A stretch of 64,000 nt of DNA. Source: Amphiscolops sp. MND2022 (lineage: Eukaryota). Of this stretch, positions 42,101-54,291 are shown piece after piece. Under the pieces are notes generated by a model. The model worked only from the letters and a program-made list of their open reading frames with translations. It ran no database searches and was not told where the DNA came from. The first letter of the stretch is position 1, and the number at the start of each line of letters is the position of its first letter. A program made the position numbers and the translations under genes. Where the stretch lies: NCBI GenBank assembly GCA_964187785.1, contig OZ076409.1, positions 74,464,001-74,528,000 of the forward strand, read 5' to 3'.

Positions 42101-45100
42101 GTATGCCAAATAGCGCCACAGGGCGCAAACATTCCCGCTAGGTGGCCGTGTCTTTTCGACGTGCTTTTGCATTGAGGAGTGGGTAGGGCCCCGCGACGAC
42201 CTAGAAGAATTGGATGCTCACCGAAACGTGCAGAATTCTACGAGATCTCATAGTTTGAGCCATACGATTTTTCTGAAATTTGGCATGTGGCCTGGAATTG
42301 GTGAGTAGGTAAAACGTGTAGAAGGTAATTTTTCCCAAATTCCACTGTGAGAGGAGATATGGGCAAATAACGGACCCAAAAATGGGGAAAATGCACTTTT
42401 TTCAAGTTTGTCAGCCCATATCTCGTTCCCAGGTGCCCGGAGCGGGACGCGTTAAGCTGATTATAAACTCTAGGGTGTTGAGGCTGTACGGGGAAGTCAG
42501 GCCCGTTCCGATCGGACTTGTAGTCTTGGAGAAATAACGGTATTTTTGGGGAACCTTTTCTAACGGTCCAGCTTATCTTTGCCATTTTTTCGAAAATGTA
42601 CTCGCCTAAAGGCCTCCCCCTGGCCGAATTTACTCCCAGCAAAACCATTTGGCCCTAAATACGGAGTTTCAGCGTTCCAGCATTCCCGGGCGAAAAGTTG
42701 TGGGACTTGGAAAATTTTCAAAAATTTTCAAAAATTTTTTTTTCGTTTTCCGGGCCCCCAATGAAGGGGAAACGACCCCCCAACCAGTATTTTGAGTGAA
42801 TTCATGTGGAAAGCCCTTGTTTTGACGAGAAAAGTACCGTTTAGAACATCTTTTTATCTTGACTCAACGTTGACTTATGACGTTTTGAATGTGATGTAAG
42901 GATGTAGGAGGCATGTGATAAGTTGATGTTTTGAGTCTTTATCTCATATGAAAGCGGTTGAGATGCAAGCTGTCCTGCTCAAAACGTCTTTCGTTGTAAT
43001 TTTCTAGTGCACCAATACCCTTTGGTGTCATATAAACATACTTTTCGTCGATATATTAACAATTTTAATGTATTTATTCCAATTTTTATTATCTTTTAAC
43101 TCAAAACAGTTGAGTACATTTCATCTCCCTTTCGGGGGAGATGAGAATGTACTCGCTAAAGACCTAGCGCCATGACCAAAAGTTTGAAACCCACGTTTTT
43201 TATCTTCTTACAGACTTGTTTTTGTATTTTTTCGGAATTTTTTAAAAATTAATATACTTGAAATACATTACTTGACTTTACTACTACAATCCACCTCCAA
43301 CGTCAACGCCCCCTTGCTTGCATCAACGCCCACCGTCCGTGGGCATGCCGAGGCATGCCCTTCGACGACGTATGCCAAATGCCCAGTGCCACGCAGTCAT
43401 TATCGCTAGGTGCCGGGATTTTCTATTCGACAAGTTTGCGCGCCTTGGGGAGGGTCCCTTTGCGCGCTTTAAGATCCAGGTGTTTCCAACTCCTAAACGG
43501 GCATGTGATTTCGACGATCTCCTAAACTAGCCATACGATTTGGCTGAAATTTGGCACACGTACCCCCCTCGGCACGGTGAAGATGATTTCCTACTGACGT
43601 TTTTCCCGCTAAACATTTTTTGTTGACCAAAATAACGGTTTTTGGGGTAAAATTTTCAACTTTTTTTAATTTTCATCTTATATCTCGCCACGGGTACACG
43701 CTAGCGCTTCCAAACCTTGCTGACGAAAGTTTGCAAACTGTCTCAGGAATGCTGTGTGAAATTTACAGCTCAATCGGACTTGAACTCGAGGAGATATAGC
43801 GTTTTTCCGGAGCGGGGGGGTTTCATTTTTCTAACGGTCCAGCTTATCTTTGCCATTTTTTCGAAAATGCACTCGCCTAAAGGCCTCCCCTGGCCAGTTT
43901 TATTCCCAGCAAAACCATTTGGCCCTAAATACGGAGTTTCAGCGTTCCAGCATTCCCGGGCGAAAAGTTGTGGGACTTAGAAAAGTTCAAAAATTTTCAA
44001 AAATTTTTTTTTCCGTTATTTGGGCCCCCAAAGTGGGGGAAAAGACCCCCCAACCAGTAAAGCAAGTGAATGTATGTGGAAAGCCCTTAGTTAGATGAGA
44101 AAAATGGCGTTTAGAACGTCTTTTTATCTTGGCTCAACGTTGTCTTATGACGTTTTGAAGGTGACCGTTAGATACAGAAAATTGATGTTTTGAGTCTTTA
44201 TCCCATCTGAAAGCCACTGAGATACAACATGTTTTGCTCAAAACGTATTTCATTGCAGTTTCGCTGTCCATTAACACCCTTTGGTGTCTTTTGACGTGTT
44301 TTTCTTTTCTATAATAACATTTTTTCTGTGTATTTATTCATTTGTTTTTCATCAAATAACTTGAAACAGTTGAGTACATTCCATCTCCCTTCCCGGGGGA
44401 GATGAGAATGTACTCGCTAAAGGCCGCGAACTACGGTCTATATCTTCCCCAACACAAAAGAGATTGAAAATTGTTTCATTTTGTGGAAAAAGTTCTTCTT
44501 TTTGTACACTGTGACTCGACAAAGTGAACGTTTCTTACCTATTTTGAAACTTCCCTCACCAAAAACCATCTCTAACGTCAGCGCCCCCCTACTTGCATCA
44601 ACGCCCACCGTCCGTGGGCATGCCGAGGCATGCCCTTCGACGACGTATACCAAGATATACCTGGAGCGCGGTAGCAGCTAGGTGCCGGGATTTCTATTCG
44701 ATAAAGTATGTGGCGCGTGTGGGTAGGGCCCCTGGCGCGCTCTTGGGTATGGTGTTCACCAGCTAGGAAATAGGGGTCGATTTTTCGGGATCTCCTAAAC
44801 TAGCCACACGATTTGGCTGAAATTTGGCACACGTACCCCCCTCGGCACGGTGAAGATGATTTCCTACTGACGTTTTTCCCGCAAAATTTTTTTTGTTGTC
44901 CAAAATAACGGTTTTTGGGGTAAAATTTTGAATTTTTTTTAAATTTTATCTTATATCTCGCCACCGGTTTACGCTAGCGCTTCAAAACCCTGCTAAAGAA
45001 AGCTTGCAAACTGTCTCAGGAATGCGGTGTGAAATTTTCAGCTCAATCGGACTCAAACTCGGGGAGATATAGCGTTTTTCCGGAGCGGGGGGGTTTCATT

Positions 45101-48100
45101 TTTCTAACGGTCCAGCTTATCTTTGCCATTTTTTCGGAAATGCACTCGCCTAAAGGCCTCCCCTGGCCGGTTTTATTCCCAGCAAAACCATTTGGCCCTA
45201 AATACGGAGTTTCAGCGTTCCAGCATTCCCGGGCGAAAAGTTGTGGGACTTAGAAAAGTTCAAAAATTTTCAAAAAAATTTTTTTCCGTTTTCCGCCCTC
45301 CCCCCCTAGGGGAAAAGACCCCCCAACCAGTAATTTGAGTGAATTCATGTGGAAAGGCCATGTTTAGAGGAGAAAAATGCCGTTTAGAACGTCTTTTTAT
45401 CTTGGCTCAACGTTGACTTATGACGTTTTGAAGGTGATGTTTGGAGGTGTAAAGCACGTGAATAGTAAACGTTATGAGTATTTATCTGATCTGAAAGCCA
45501 TTGAGATGAATATGGTTTGCTCAAAACGTAATTCATGGCAGTTTGGCAATCAATCAACACCCTTTGTTGTCGTTTGACATACTTTTTTGTTGTTATAATA
45601 AAAAATTTTGTGTATTTATTCATTTTTTTCTCATCAAATAACTTGAAACAGTTGAGTACATTCCATCCCCCCTTCCGGGGGAGATGAGAATGTACTCGCA
45701 AAAAGCACCGAACTACGGCCCTTACCTTCCCGAGCTACGCAGTATAAGGATTACATATTGGTTCCGACATTTTCATAGAGTTAAATCTTGGTAATCTGTC
45801 TGGATATGCAGAAAAACCAGCACGTGCTTTTTTATACCAAGTTGCTTACAACGACAATTATTTTATATCAACGCCCCCATATTTATCAACGCCCCCCGTC
45901 CGTGGGCATGCCGAGGCATGCCCTTCGACGACGTATACCAAGATATGTTCGAGCGCGTTAGCCTAGGTGCCCGGATTTCTATTCATTAAAGTATGTTGCG
46001 CGTGTGGGTAGGGCCCCTGGCGCGCTCTTGTGTCCCTGTTCTCATAACTGCAATTTCCGGCAGCATTCTGAGCGATTTTCTAAACTATCCATACGATTCG
46101 GCTGAAATTTGGCACACGTACCCCCCTCGGCACGGTGAAGATGATTTCCTACTGACGTTTTTCCCGCAAAATTTTTTTTGTTGTCCAAAATAACAGTTTT
46201 TGGGGTAAAATTTTGAACTTTTTTTAAATTTCATCTTATATCTCGCCACGGGTTTACGCTAGCGCTTCAAAACCCTGCTAAAGAAAGCTTGCAAACTGTC
46301 TCAGGAATGCTGTGTGAAATTTTCAGCTCAATCGGACTTAAACTCAGGGAGATATAGCGTTTTTCCGGAGCGGGGGGGTTTCATTTTTCTAACGGTCCAG
46401 CTTATCTTAGCCATTTTTTCGAAAATGTACTCGCCTAAAGACCTCCCCTGGCCGGTTTTATTCCCAGCAAAACCATTTGGCCCTAAATACGGAGTTTCAG
46501 CGTTCCAGCATTCCCGGGCGAAAAGTTGTGGGACTTAGAAAATTTCAAAAATTTTCAAAAATTTTTTTTCCGTTTTCCGCCCTCCCCCCCTAGGGGAAAA
46601 GACCCCCCAACCAGTAATTTGAGTGAATTCATGTGGAAAGGCCATGTTTAGAGGAGAAAAATCCCGTTTAAATAGTCTTTTTATCTTTATTCAACGTTGA
46701 CTTATGACGTTTTGAAGGTGATGTTTGGAGGTGTGAAGCACATGAAAAGTAAACGTTATGAGTATTTATCTGATCTGAAAGCCATTGAGATGCAACCTGT
46801 TTTGCTCAAAACGTAATTCATATCAGTTTGGTAGTCAATCAACACCCTTTGTTGTCATTTGACATCTTTTTTTGTTGATATAAGAAAAAATTTCGTGTAT
46901 TTATTCATTTTTTTCTCATCAAATAACTTGAAACAGTTGAGTACATTCCATCCCCCCTTCACGGGGGAGATGAGAATGTACTCGCAAAAAGCCCCGAACT
47001 ACGGCCCTTACCTTCCTGAGCTACGCAGTACAAAGATTGCATATTGGTTCCGACATTTTGATAGAGTTATATCTTGGTAATCTGTCTGGATATGCAGAAA
47101 AACCAGCACGTGCTTTTTTATACCAAGTTGCTCACAACGACAATTATTTTATATCAACGCCCCCATATTTATCAACGCCCCCCGTCCGTGGGCATGCCGA
47201 GGCATGCCCTTCGACGACGTATACCAAGATATACATCGAGCGCGTTAGCCTAGGTGCCCGGATTTCTATTCATTAAAGTATGTTGCGCGTGTGGGTAGGG
47301 CCCCTGGCGCGCTCTTGTGTCCCTGTTCTCATAACTGCAATTTCCGGCAGCATTCTGAGCGATTTTCTAAACTATCCATACGATTCGGCTGAAATTTGGC
47401 ATGTGAGTTCCTATGACAGTTCTAAGAAACATTTCCTACTGGCGTTTTGCCCGGAAAATTTTTTTTGTTGACTTATAACGGTTTTTTTGGCCAAAAAATG
47501 CAATTTTTTCAAAAAAATTTTTTTTCGGAGCCCATATCTTTTTTCAGGGTGCCCGGAGCGGGACGCGTTAAACTGATTATAAACTCTACGGTTCATGGGC
47601 TTTACGGAGAATCTAGGCTCGTTTCGATCGGACAAATAGTCTTGGAGATATAACGGCATTTTTTGGGAATTTTTTGGAAATTTTTCTAACGGTCCAGCTT
47701 ATCTTTGCCATTTTTTCGAAAATGTACTCGCCTAAAGGCCTCCCCTGGCCGGTTTTAATCCCAGCAAAACCATTTGGCCCTAAATACGGAGTTTCAGCGT
47801 TCCAGCATTCCCGGGCGAAAAGTTGTGGGACTTGGAAAAATTTCAAAATTTTTCAAAAAAATTTTTTCCGTTTTCCGCCCTCCCCCCCGAGGGGAAAAGA
47901 CCCCCCAACCAGTAATTTGAGTGAATTCATGTGGAAAGGCCATGTTTAGAGAAGAAAAATGCCGTTTAGATCGTCTTTTTATTTTAACCTGTCGTTGACT
48001 TATGTTGTTTTGAAGGTGATGTTTGGATGTGTGAAGCATGTGAAAAGGTAATTTATTGTGTCTTTAGCTCTTCTAAAAGTCATTGAGATACACGGTGTGT

Positions 48101-51100
48101 GACTCAGAACGTGTTTAATTCTAATTTAGCAATGCATCAACACTTTTTTGTGTCTTTTGACTCTGTTTTAAAAAATTTTTCCGACTAAAATCAAAAATTA
48201 TTTATAATTATTCACATTTTTTTTCTGATCTCATGACTCGAAACAGTTGAGTACATTCCATCTCCCTTCACGGGGGAGATGAGAATGTACTCTTTAGAGA
48301 CCAGGTACTACAGTACGTACCTTCCCTGAGCAACGCCCCATAAAATTGCGTTTTGATCCAGATATTTTGACATAATTTTATCTTTGTAATTTGACTGGAA
48401 ATGAAGAAAATGCCGCACGTGCTCTTTTATATCAAGTATCTTAACAACGCCATCTCTTTTACGTCAACGCCCCATAGTTCACATCAACGCCCACCGTCCG
48501 TGGGCATGCCGAGGCATGCCCTTCGACGACGTATACCAAGATATACTCCCGAGCGCGGTAGCAGCTAGGTGCCGGGATTTCTATTCGATAAGGTATGTTG
48601 CGCGTGTGGGTAGGGCCCCTGGCGCGCTCTTGGGTATGGTGTTCACCAGCTAGGAAATAGGGGTCGATTTTTCGGGATCTCCTAAACTAGCCACACGATT
48701 TGGCTGAAATTTGGCACACGTACCCCCCTCGGCACGGTGAAGATGATTTCCTACTGACGTTTTTCCCGCAAAATTTTTTTTGTTGTCCAAAATAACGGTT
48801 TTTGGGGTAAAATTTTGAATTTTTTTTAAATTTTATCTTATATCTCGCCACCGGTTTACGCTAGCGCTTCAAAACCCTGCTAAAGAAAGCTTGCAAACTG
48901 TCTCAGGAATGCGGTGTGAAATTTTCAGCTCAATCGGACTTAAACTCGGGGAGATATAGCGTTTTTCCGGAGCGGGGGGGTTTCATTTTTCTAACGGTCC
49001 AGCTTATCTTTGCCATTTTTTCGAAAATGCACTCGCCTAAAGGCCTCCCCTGGCCGGTTTTATTCCCAGCAAAACCATTTGGCCCTAAATACGGAGTTTC
49101 AGCGTTCCAGCATTCGCGGGCGAAAAGTTGTGGGACTTAGAAAAGTTCAAAAATTTTCAAAATTTTTTTTTCCGTTTTCCGCCCTCCCCCCCTAGGGGAA
49201 AAGACCCCCCAACCAGTAATTTGAGTGAATTCATGTGGAAAGGCCATGTTTAGAGGAGAAAAATGCCGTTTAGAACGTCTTTTTATCTTGGCTCAACGTT
49301 GACTTATGACGTTTTGAAGGTGATGTTTGGAGGTGTAAAGCACGTGAATAGTAAACGTTATGAGTATTTATCTGATCTGAAAGCCATTGAGATGAATATG
49401 GTTTGCTCAAAACGTAATCCATGGCAGTTTGGCAATCAATCAACACCCTTTGTTGTCGTTTGACATACTTTTTTGTTGTTATAATAAAAAATTTTGTGTA
49501 TTTATTCATTTTTTTCTCATCAAATAACTTGAAACAGTTGAGTACATTCCATCCCCCCCTTCCGGGGGAGATGAGAATGTACTCGCAAAAAGCACCGAAC
49601 TACGGCCCTTACCTTCCCGAGCTACGCAGTATAAGGATTACATATTGGTTCCGACATTTTCATAGAGTTAAATCTTGGTAATCTGTCTGGATATGCAGAA
49701 AAACCAGCACGTGCTTTTTTATACCAAGTTGCTTACAACGACAATTATTTTATATCAACGCCCCCATATTTATCAACGCCCCCCGTCCGTGGGCATGCCG
49801 AGGCATGCCCTTCGACGACGTATACCAAGATATGAATTAACGCGTTAGCCTAGGTGGACGGGAATGTTTTTTTCCAACCAATTCGATGCCAACTGGGGGA
49901 GGGGCCCCTGGTGGCTGTTACCCGAAATACATACCTACTAAATTCCGGTCACCTGAGTACGATCTCGAAAACCACCCAATAGATTTTTCTGAAAATTTGC
50001 ATACAGGCCTAGAATCAAATCCTAAGAACTATTTCCTACTGGCGTTTTTCCGAATTTTTTCAAAAAGTTGGTCAAAAATGCAACAAAAGTGGCGGATGGA
50101 CATAAAAAACGCAACTTTTGGACTTTGAGGGCTTATAACTTTTTCCAGGGTGCCCGGAGCGGTTCGCACGTGGACCACAACATTGCTCAGCATTGTCGGA
50201 GGAGTGCGTGGACAAATTTTGGTTCGAATCGGATGAAAATTGACTGAGAAATAAACGCAAATTTTGGTGCATTTGTTGCAAATACCAGTTTATCTTTGCC
50301 ATTTTCGCCCAAAATTTTTCCCAGAGCCTTCACAGGAGGCAACCCCTGCCCAAATTTCTGCCGAGCAAACCCATTTGGCCCTAAATACGGGGTTTCAGCG
50401 TTCCAGCATTCCCGGGCGAAAAGTTGTGGGACTTCGAAATTTTTCAAAAAAACGCAAAAATTGTAAAAAGTAACTTCTGGCGTCCCAAAGTCAAGAAACT
50501 TTCACACAACTAGTATTACAAGTGAATGCATGTAGAAAGCACTTGGATAGACGAGAAAAATGAGCTGTAAAACGACTCTGTAGCTTAATCTGACGTTGAC
50601 TTATGACATTTTGAGTGTGAGCGTCCTATAGGTTTTTAATGTCAAAAATTAGATTTTGTAAGTCATGTCTCATCAAAAACTCATCGGAATACGTTCAATC
50701 AGCCCCATAGCTGTTCAATTACCGTGGCTCAGTAGAGCAACGCCATTTGATGTCTTTGGACCCTTTTTGAAAATTTTCGATACCATCTTATTCGTCCGAT
50801 ATCACGAAACAGTTGAGTACATTCCATCTCCCCCTTCGGGGGAGATGAGAATGTACTCGCTAAAAGTCAGGTACTATAGCGCCTATTTTGTTTTTTTTTG
50901 TTACATGTGATGCTATTGCACGCGAATGCATTCGTATGGTCATATCATGTTTGACATGCTGAATCTTACTTTACCCTAAGTTTACATTTACTTACTACTA
51001 CAACATCGCATGGCTAACGTCAACGCCACATACTCGCATCAACGCCCACCGTCCGTGGGCATGCCGAGGCATGCCCTTCGACGACGTATGCCAAATAGCG

Positions 51101-53696
51101 CCACAGGGCGCAAACTTGTCCGCTAGGTGGCCGGGAATTTTTTTTCTGCTCAATTCTTTGCCAACTGGGGGAGGGGCCCCTGGTGGCTGTTACCCGAAAT
51201 ACATACCTACCCAAATCGTCCGCTCCGGATACGATCTCAAAACTGAGCCACACAATTTTCCTGAAACTTTGCATGTGGGCCTAAAATGAGATTGTAAGAA
51301 CAATGATATAGGCGTTATTCCTGAATTTTTTCAAAAAGTTGGTCAAAAACGCAAAAAATGGGTCAAAATTGACCTCTTTTTCAACTTTTTTATTTTTGAG
51401 AGCCCATATCTCGGAACGAGGTGGCCGTAGCGGGCCGCATAAGGACTCCGTTTTTGCTGGGCACTTGATGAGGAGTACGTGGACAAATTTTCGTCCAAAT
51501 CGAAGTAAAATTGACTGAGTAATGAGTGATTTTTTTGTGACCTTTTTGCGAACCCTATTGTATCTCTGCCATTTTCCGCCAAAATTTTCAAAAGTGGTTC
51601 TACAGGAGGCAACCCCTGCCCAATTTTCTGCAAAACAAAACCATTTGGCCCTAAATACGAGGTTTCAGCGTTCTAGCATTCCCCGGTGAAAAGTTATAGG
51701 ACTTAGAAATTTGTCAGTGAAACGCAAAATTTGTAAATTCAACTTCCGGTGCCCAAAAGTCACAAAACTTTCACACAACTAGTATTGCAAGTGAATGCAC
51801 GTGGAAAGTACTGAAATAGACGAGAAAAATGAGCTATAGAACGACTCTCTACCTTAACCTGACGTTGACTTATGATGTTTTGAATGTGAGCATCCTATCT
51901 GATTTTAATGTCAAAAATGAGATTTTGTAAGTCATGTCTCATCAAAAACTCATCGGAATACGTTCAATCATCCCCATAGCTGTTCAATTGCCGTGGCTTA
52001 GTACAGCAACGCCATTGAATGTCTTTGGACCCATTTTGAAAATAATCGATACCGTCTTATTCGTCCGATATCACGAAACAGTTGAGTACATTCCATCTCC
52101 CCCTTCCTTCTCGTTTTAATTTTAGTAGTGCAACGACTAAAAAATTAATGTCAGTATCTAGTACATATGGAATGCTTCCAATGAGCACATTAGCCAACAA
52201 GCCGAAATGTCCTTTTCGCGTCATATGGCACACTGGAGTTTCACATAGTAAAAAAATGCCCCATCGGAGATTTTGAAAAAAAATAAATTGAAGCACGACT
52301 GTAATTGAAACGTAAGAATTTTTTTCCCGTAAATTTAGCAGCACGATTTGAGTAGTTCACGCCGAATCGAGCCCGAAGTTAGGATTATATTAGGCTCCTC
52401 AAAGTCACACTGGAAATGATTTAAATTTGCTGACCGGAAATTATTTCAGTGATGAACGAAATTTCTGTTGCCGCACCTGCATTTTCAAAAGCATACATTT
52501 GAGGCCGAAAGTTTTGGCAAACCAAAAGATATTGTAACAAAAAACCAAAAGGAGTTTCGTTGTCTACTAATCCGTTGCATAGCCTCTGTTTCGCAATCAG
52601 ACGATGATTCGGACTGGCATTATGTGAATCAGCGTTCTTATATTCTTCTTATGAAAAATGAACAGCGTGATACGTTTTTTCCGGTCATTTTTGAAAAAAT
52701 CGTTGCAAAACCTGTTTTACAAAGTCTTTTGGTCTCAAGTGTATGATCTTTCATCAATTTAAAAAAAACTCGATTTAATAAAACTTTATATAAAATGATA
52801 CCAAATAACTCCTTTTTGAGAAATGGAAGGCCCCTTATAAATGTTGAGATTTATACGTTATGAAAGACTTTAGATGGTGTTCAATTTTTGAGCACGAAGT
52901 GTAAAATATCGATAATCAAAAGGCCGGGAACGGACAATGTCGTCGCAATATCGAAAGCTCAAAATTGTAAAAGAAAGAATCTTTGTGTGTTTTGTAACTT
53001 CTGTCGGTTGCAAATTATAAACAAATTGAAAAGAGGAACCTGAGAGACTTTGAATACTTCAAAACACGTTTCAAAATGAGATTTTCGATTAGTTTCACAA
53101 GGCTGAAAAACGTATCCGAGACGAATCTTCGGGAATTTTGACATCCATTGTGCCACATAATATCGAAACAAACGAAGAAGAAACCCTCAGGTGCAATCCA
53201 AAAAGTTTCCAAAAAAGTCGCATAGTGCTGAAAAAAAAACGGAGTGAAAAACAGCAAAATGGAATCCTTCGTAGGTCTTTGAGGTTTTGGACGTCAAAGT
53301 TTTTGTTTTGAACGATGTTCTGGCGCTTTGAGTATGTTCTGGATGTCCGGTGTTCAAGTCGATGTTGTTGAACAAATAAACTGAAAGTAAACCTTACGTG
53401 TCTAAAAGATACCCACTGTAAGAATCGGGCACTTTTCTTTAAGAGCGCGGACTAAAAACACAAACCATGAAATACTCTGTTGGGCAAAATTTCTTATTCA
53501 GGAATTAGTTGAAACTTCACATGGAAATTCAGCACTATATCTATTACTTAATCAAAAATTAGGTAAAAAGTATTGAACACAAAATTACGAAAAACATATC
53601 ACACAGTGTCAAAAAATGTTAAAGGGGAGACTTCAGAATTGTCCGGTTTTGTGTGTTACGTTCGAAAAAAAACACTTGGCAAAAACTTGGTTGCGT

Positions 53697-53887
53697 TTCC
53701 CAGGTTATCGTTCAGAACAATTTGAACAAAAAATATACTGAGAACTTCGATTAAATATACTTCACTCATTTCATCCCACATTCATCCACATTCAGTTCCC
53801 AGGTTATCGTTCAGAACAAACTGAACAAAAAATATACTAGGATCTTCGATTAAATATACTTCATTCATTTCATCCCAGCTTCATCCT
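53697..53887 (+). repeat. Two-copy direct repeat, period 99 bp
   Basis: TTCCCAGGTTATCGTTCAGAACAA...CTTCGATTAAATATACTTCA.TCATTTCATCCCA begins at 53697 and again at 53796. Confidence 0.9.
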
Positions 53888-54005
53888 GGAGGTATCCTTG
53901 CTAAAAAATAATTAGAGATGTTTTAGTAAAACGTTATATCCAAACTTTGAAAATGTTGAAAATGTTACATCCGAACTTTGATGCTGTCAAATTATTATAT
54001 AAATC

Positions 54006-54291
54006 TAAATCGTAAACTAAGAGGGTTAGAAGATTTTTAATGACATATTTGGAATCGTATAGAGGGGGCGCCAGGGGGCGCGCGGCTGACCAATATCCAT
54101 TTGGCGCAACATGTGATGACGCTGGAGGCACGGCCGCTCAATTACACTACTGATGACAAGGTGTTGAGCCTCCAACGTCATCACATGTTCAGCCAAATGG
54201 ATATTGGTCGGCCGCGCGCCCCCTGGCGCCCCCTCTATACGATCCCAAATATGTCATTAAAAATCTTCTAACCCTCTTAGTTTACTATTTA
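54006..54291. mobile_element. Foldback / MITE-like long inverted repeat
   Basis: Arms 54006-54129 and 54168-54291 (~124 bp, few mismatches) around a 38-bp spacer; no target-site duplication identified. Confidence 0.75.

Larger units (their letters stand above)
8412..49853 (+). repeat. Dominant ~1.29 kb unit family A (19 interspersed copies)
   Basis: Units starting at 8412, 12359, 13651, 16209, 17497, 20800, 22089, 23373, 26617, 33149, 34437, 35699, 36990, 38278, 39569, 43410, 44682, 45967 and 48569 share a near-identical body (GGCACACGTACYCCCCTCGGCAYGGTGAAGATGA...TTCCKGAGCGGGGGGGTTTC...) with variable heads and, in some copies, alternative 3' modules. Confidence 0.92.
1..52103 (+). repeat. 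Head-to-tail array of 38 modular non-coding units (36 complete) joined at CTRG|GTG; probable non-autonomous rolling-circle (Helitron-family-like) elements
   Basis: Read directly: terminal CTAG/CTGG ends at 571, 1641, 3683, 5861, 7141, 8411, 9695, 11083, 12358, 13650, 14940, 16208, 17496, 18784, 20799, 22088, 23372, 24646, 26616, 27905, 29877, 31155, 33148, 34436, 35698, 36989, 38277, 39568, 40854, 42141, 43409, 44681, 45966, 47253, 48568, 49853 and 51126, each followed by GTG. All but the 1641 junction are preceded by the core CCGTCYGTGGGCATGCCGAGGCATGCCCTTCGACGA (minor variants). The repeat itself is certain; the Helitron-type origin is inferred from hairpin-plus-CTRR 3' ends. Confidence 0.95.

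Noticed and set aside
490..51090. CRISPR array interpretation of the ~45-nt palindromic core
   Set aside because: Intervening sequences are 1-2 kb and homologous to each other, there are no cas genes, and the context looks eukaryotic.
111..52119. Recurrent 60-135 aa ORFs in the array (MLTKVCKLSQ.., MPFFRKCTRL.., MSHQKLIGIR.. etc.)
   Set aside because: Short, overlapping on both strands, often non-ATG starts, broken by homopolymer indels between copies, no recognisable domains; they recur only because the DNA repeats.
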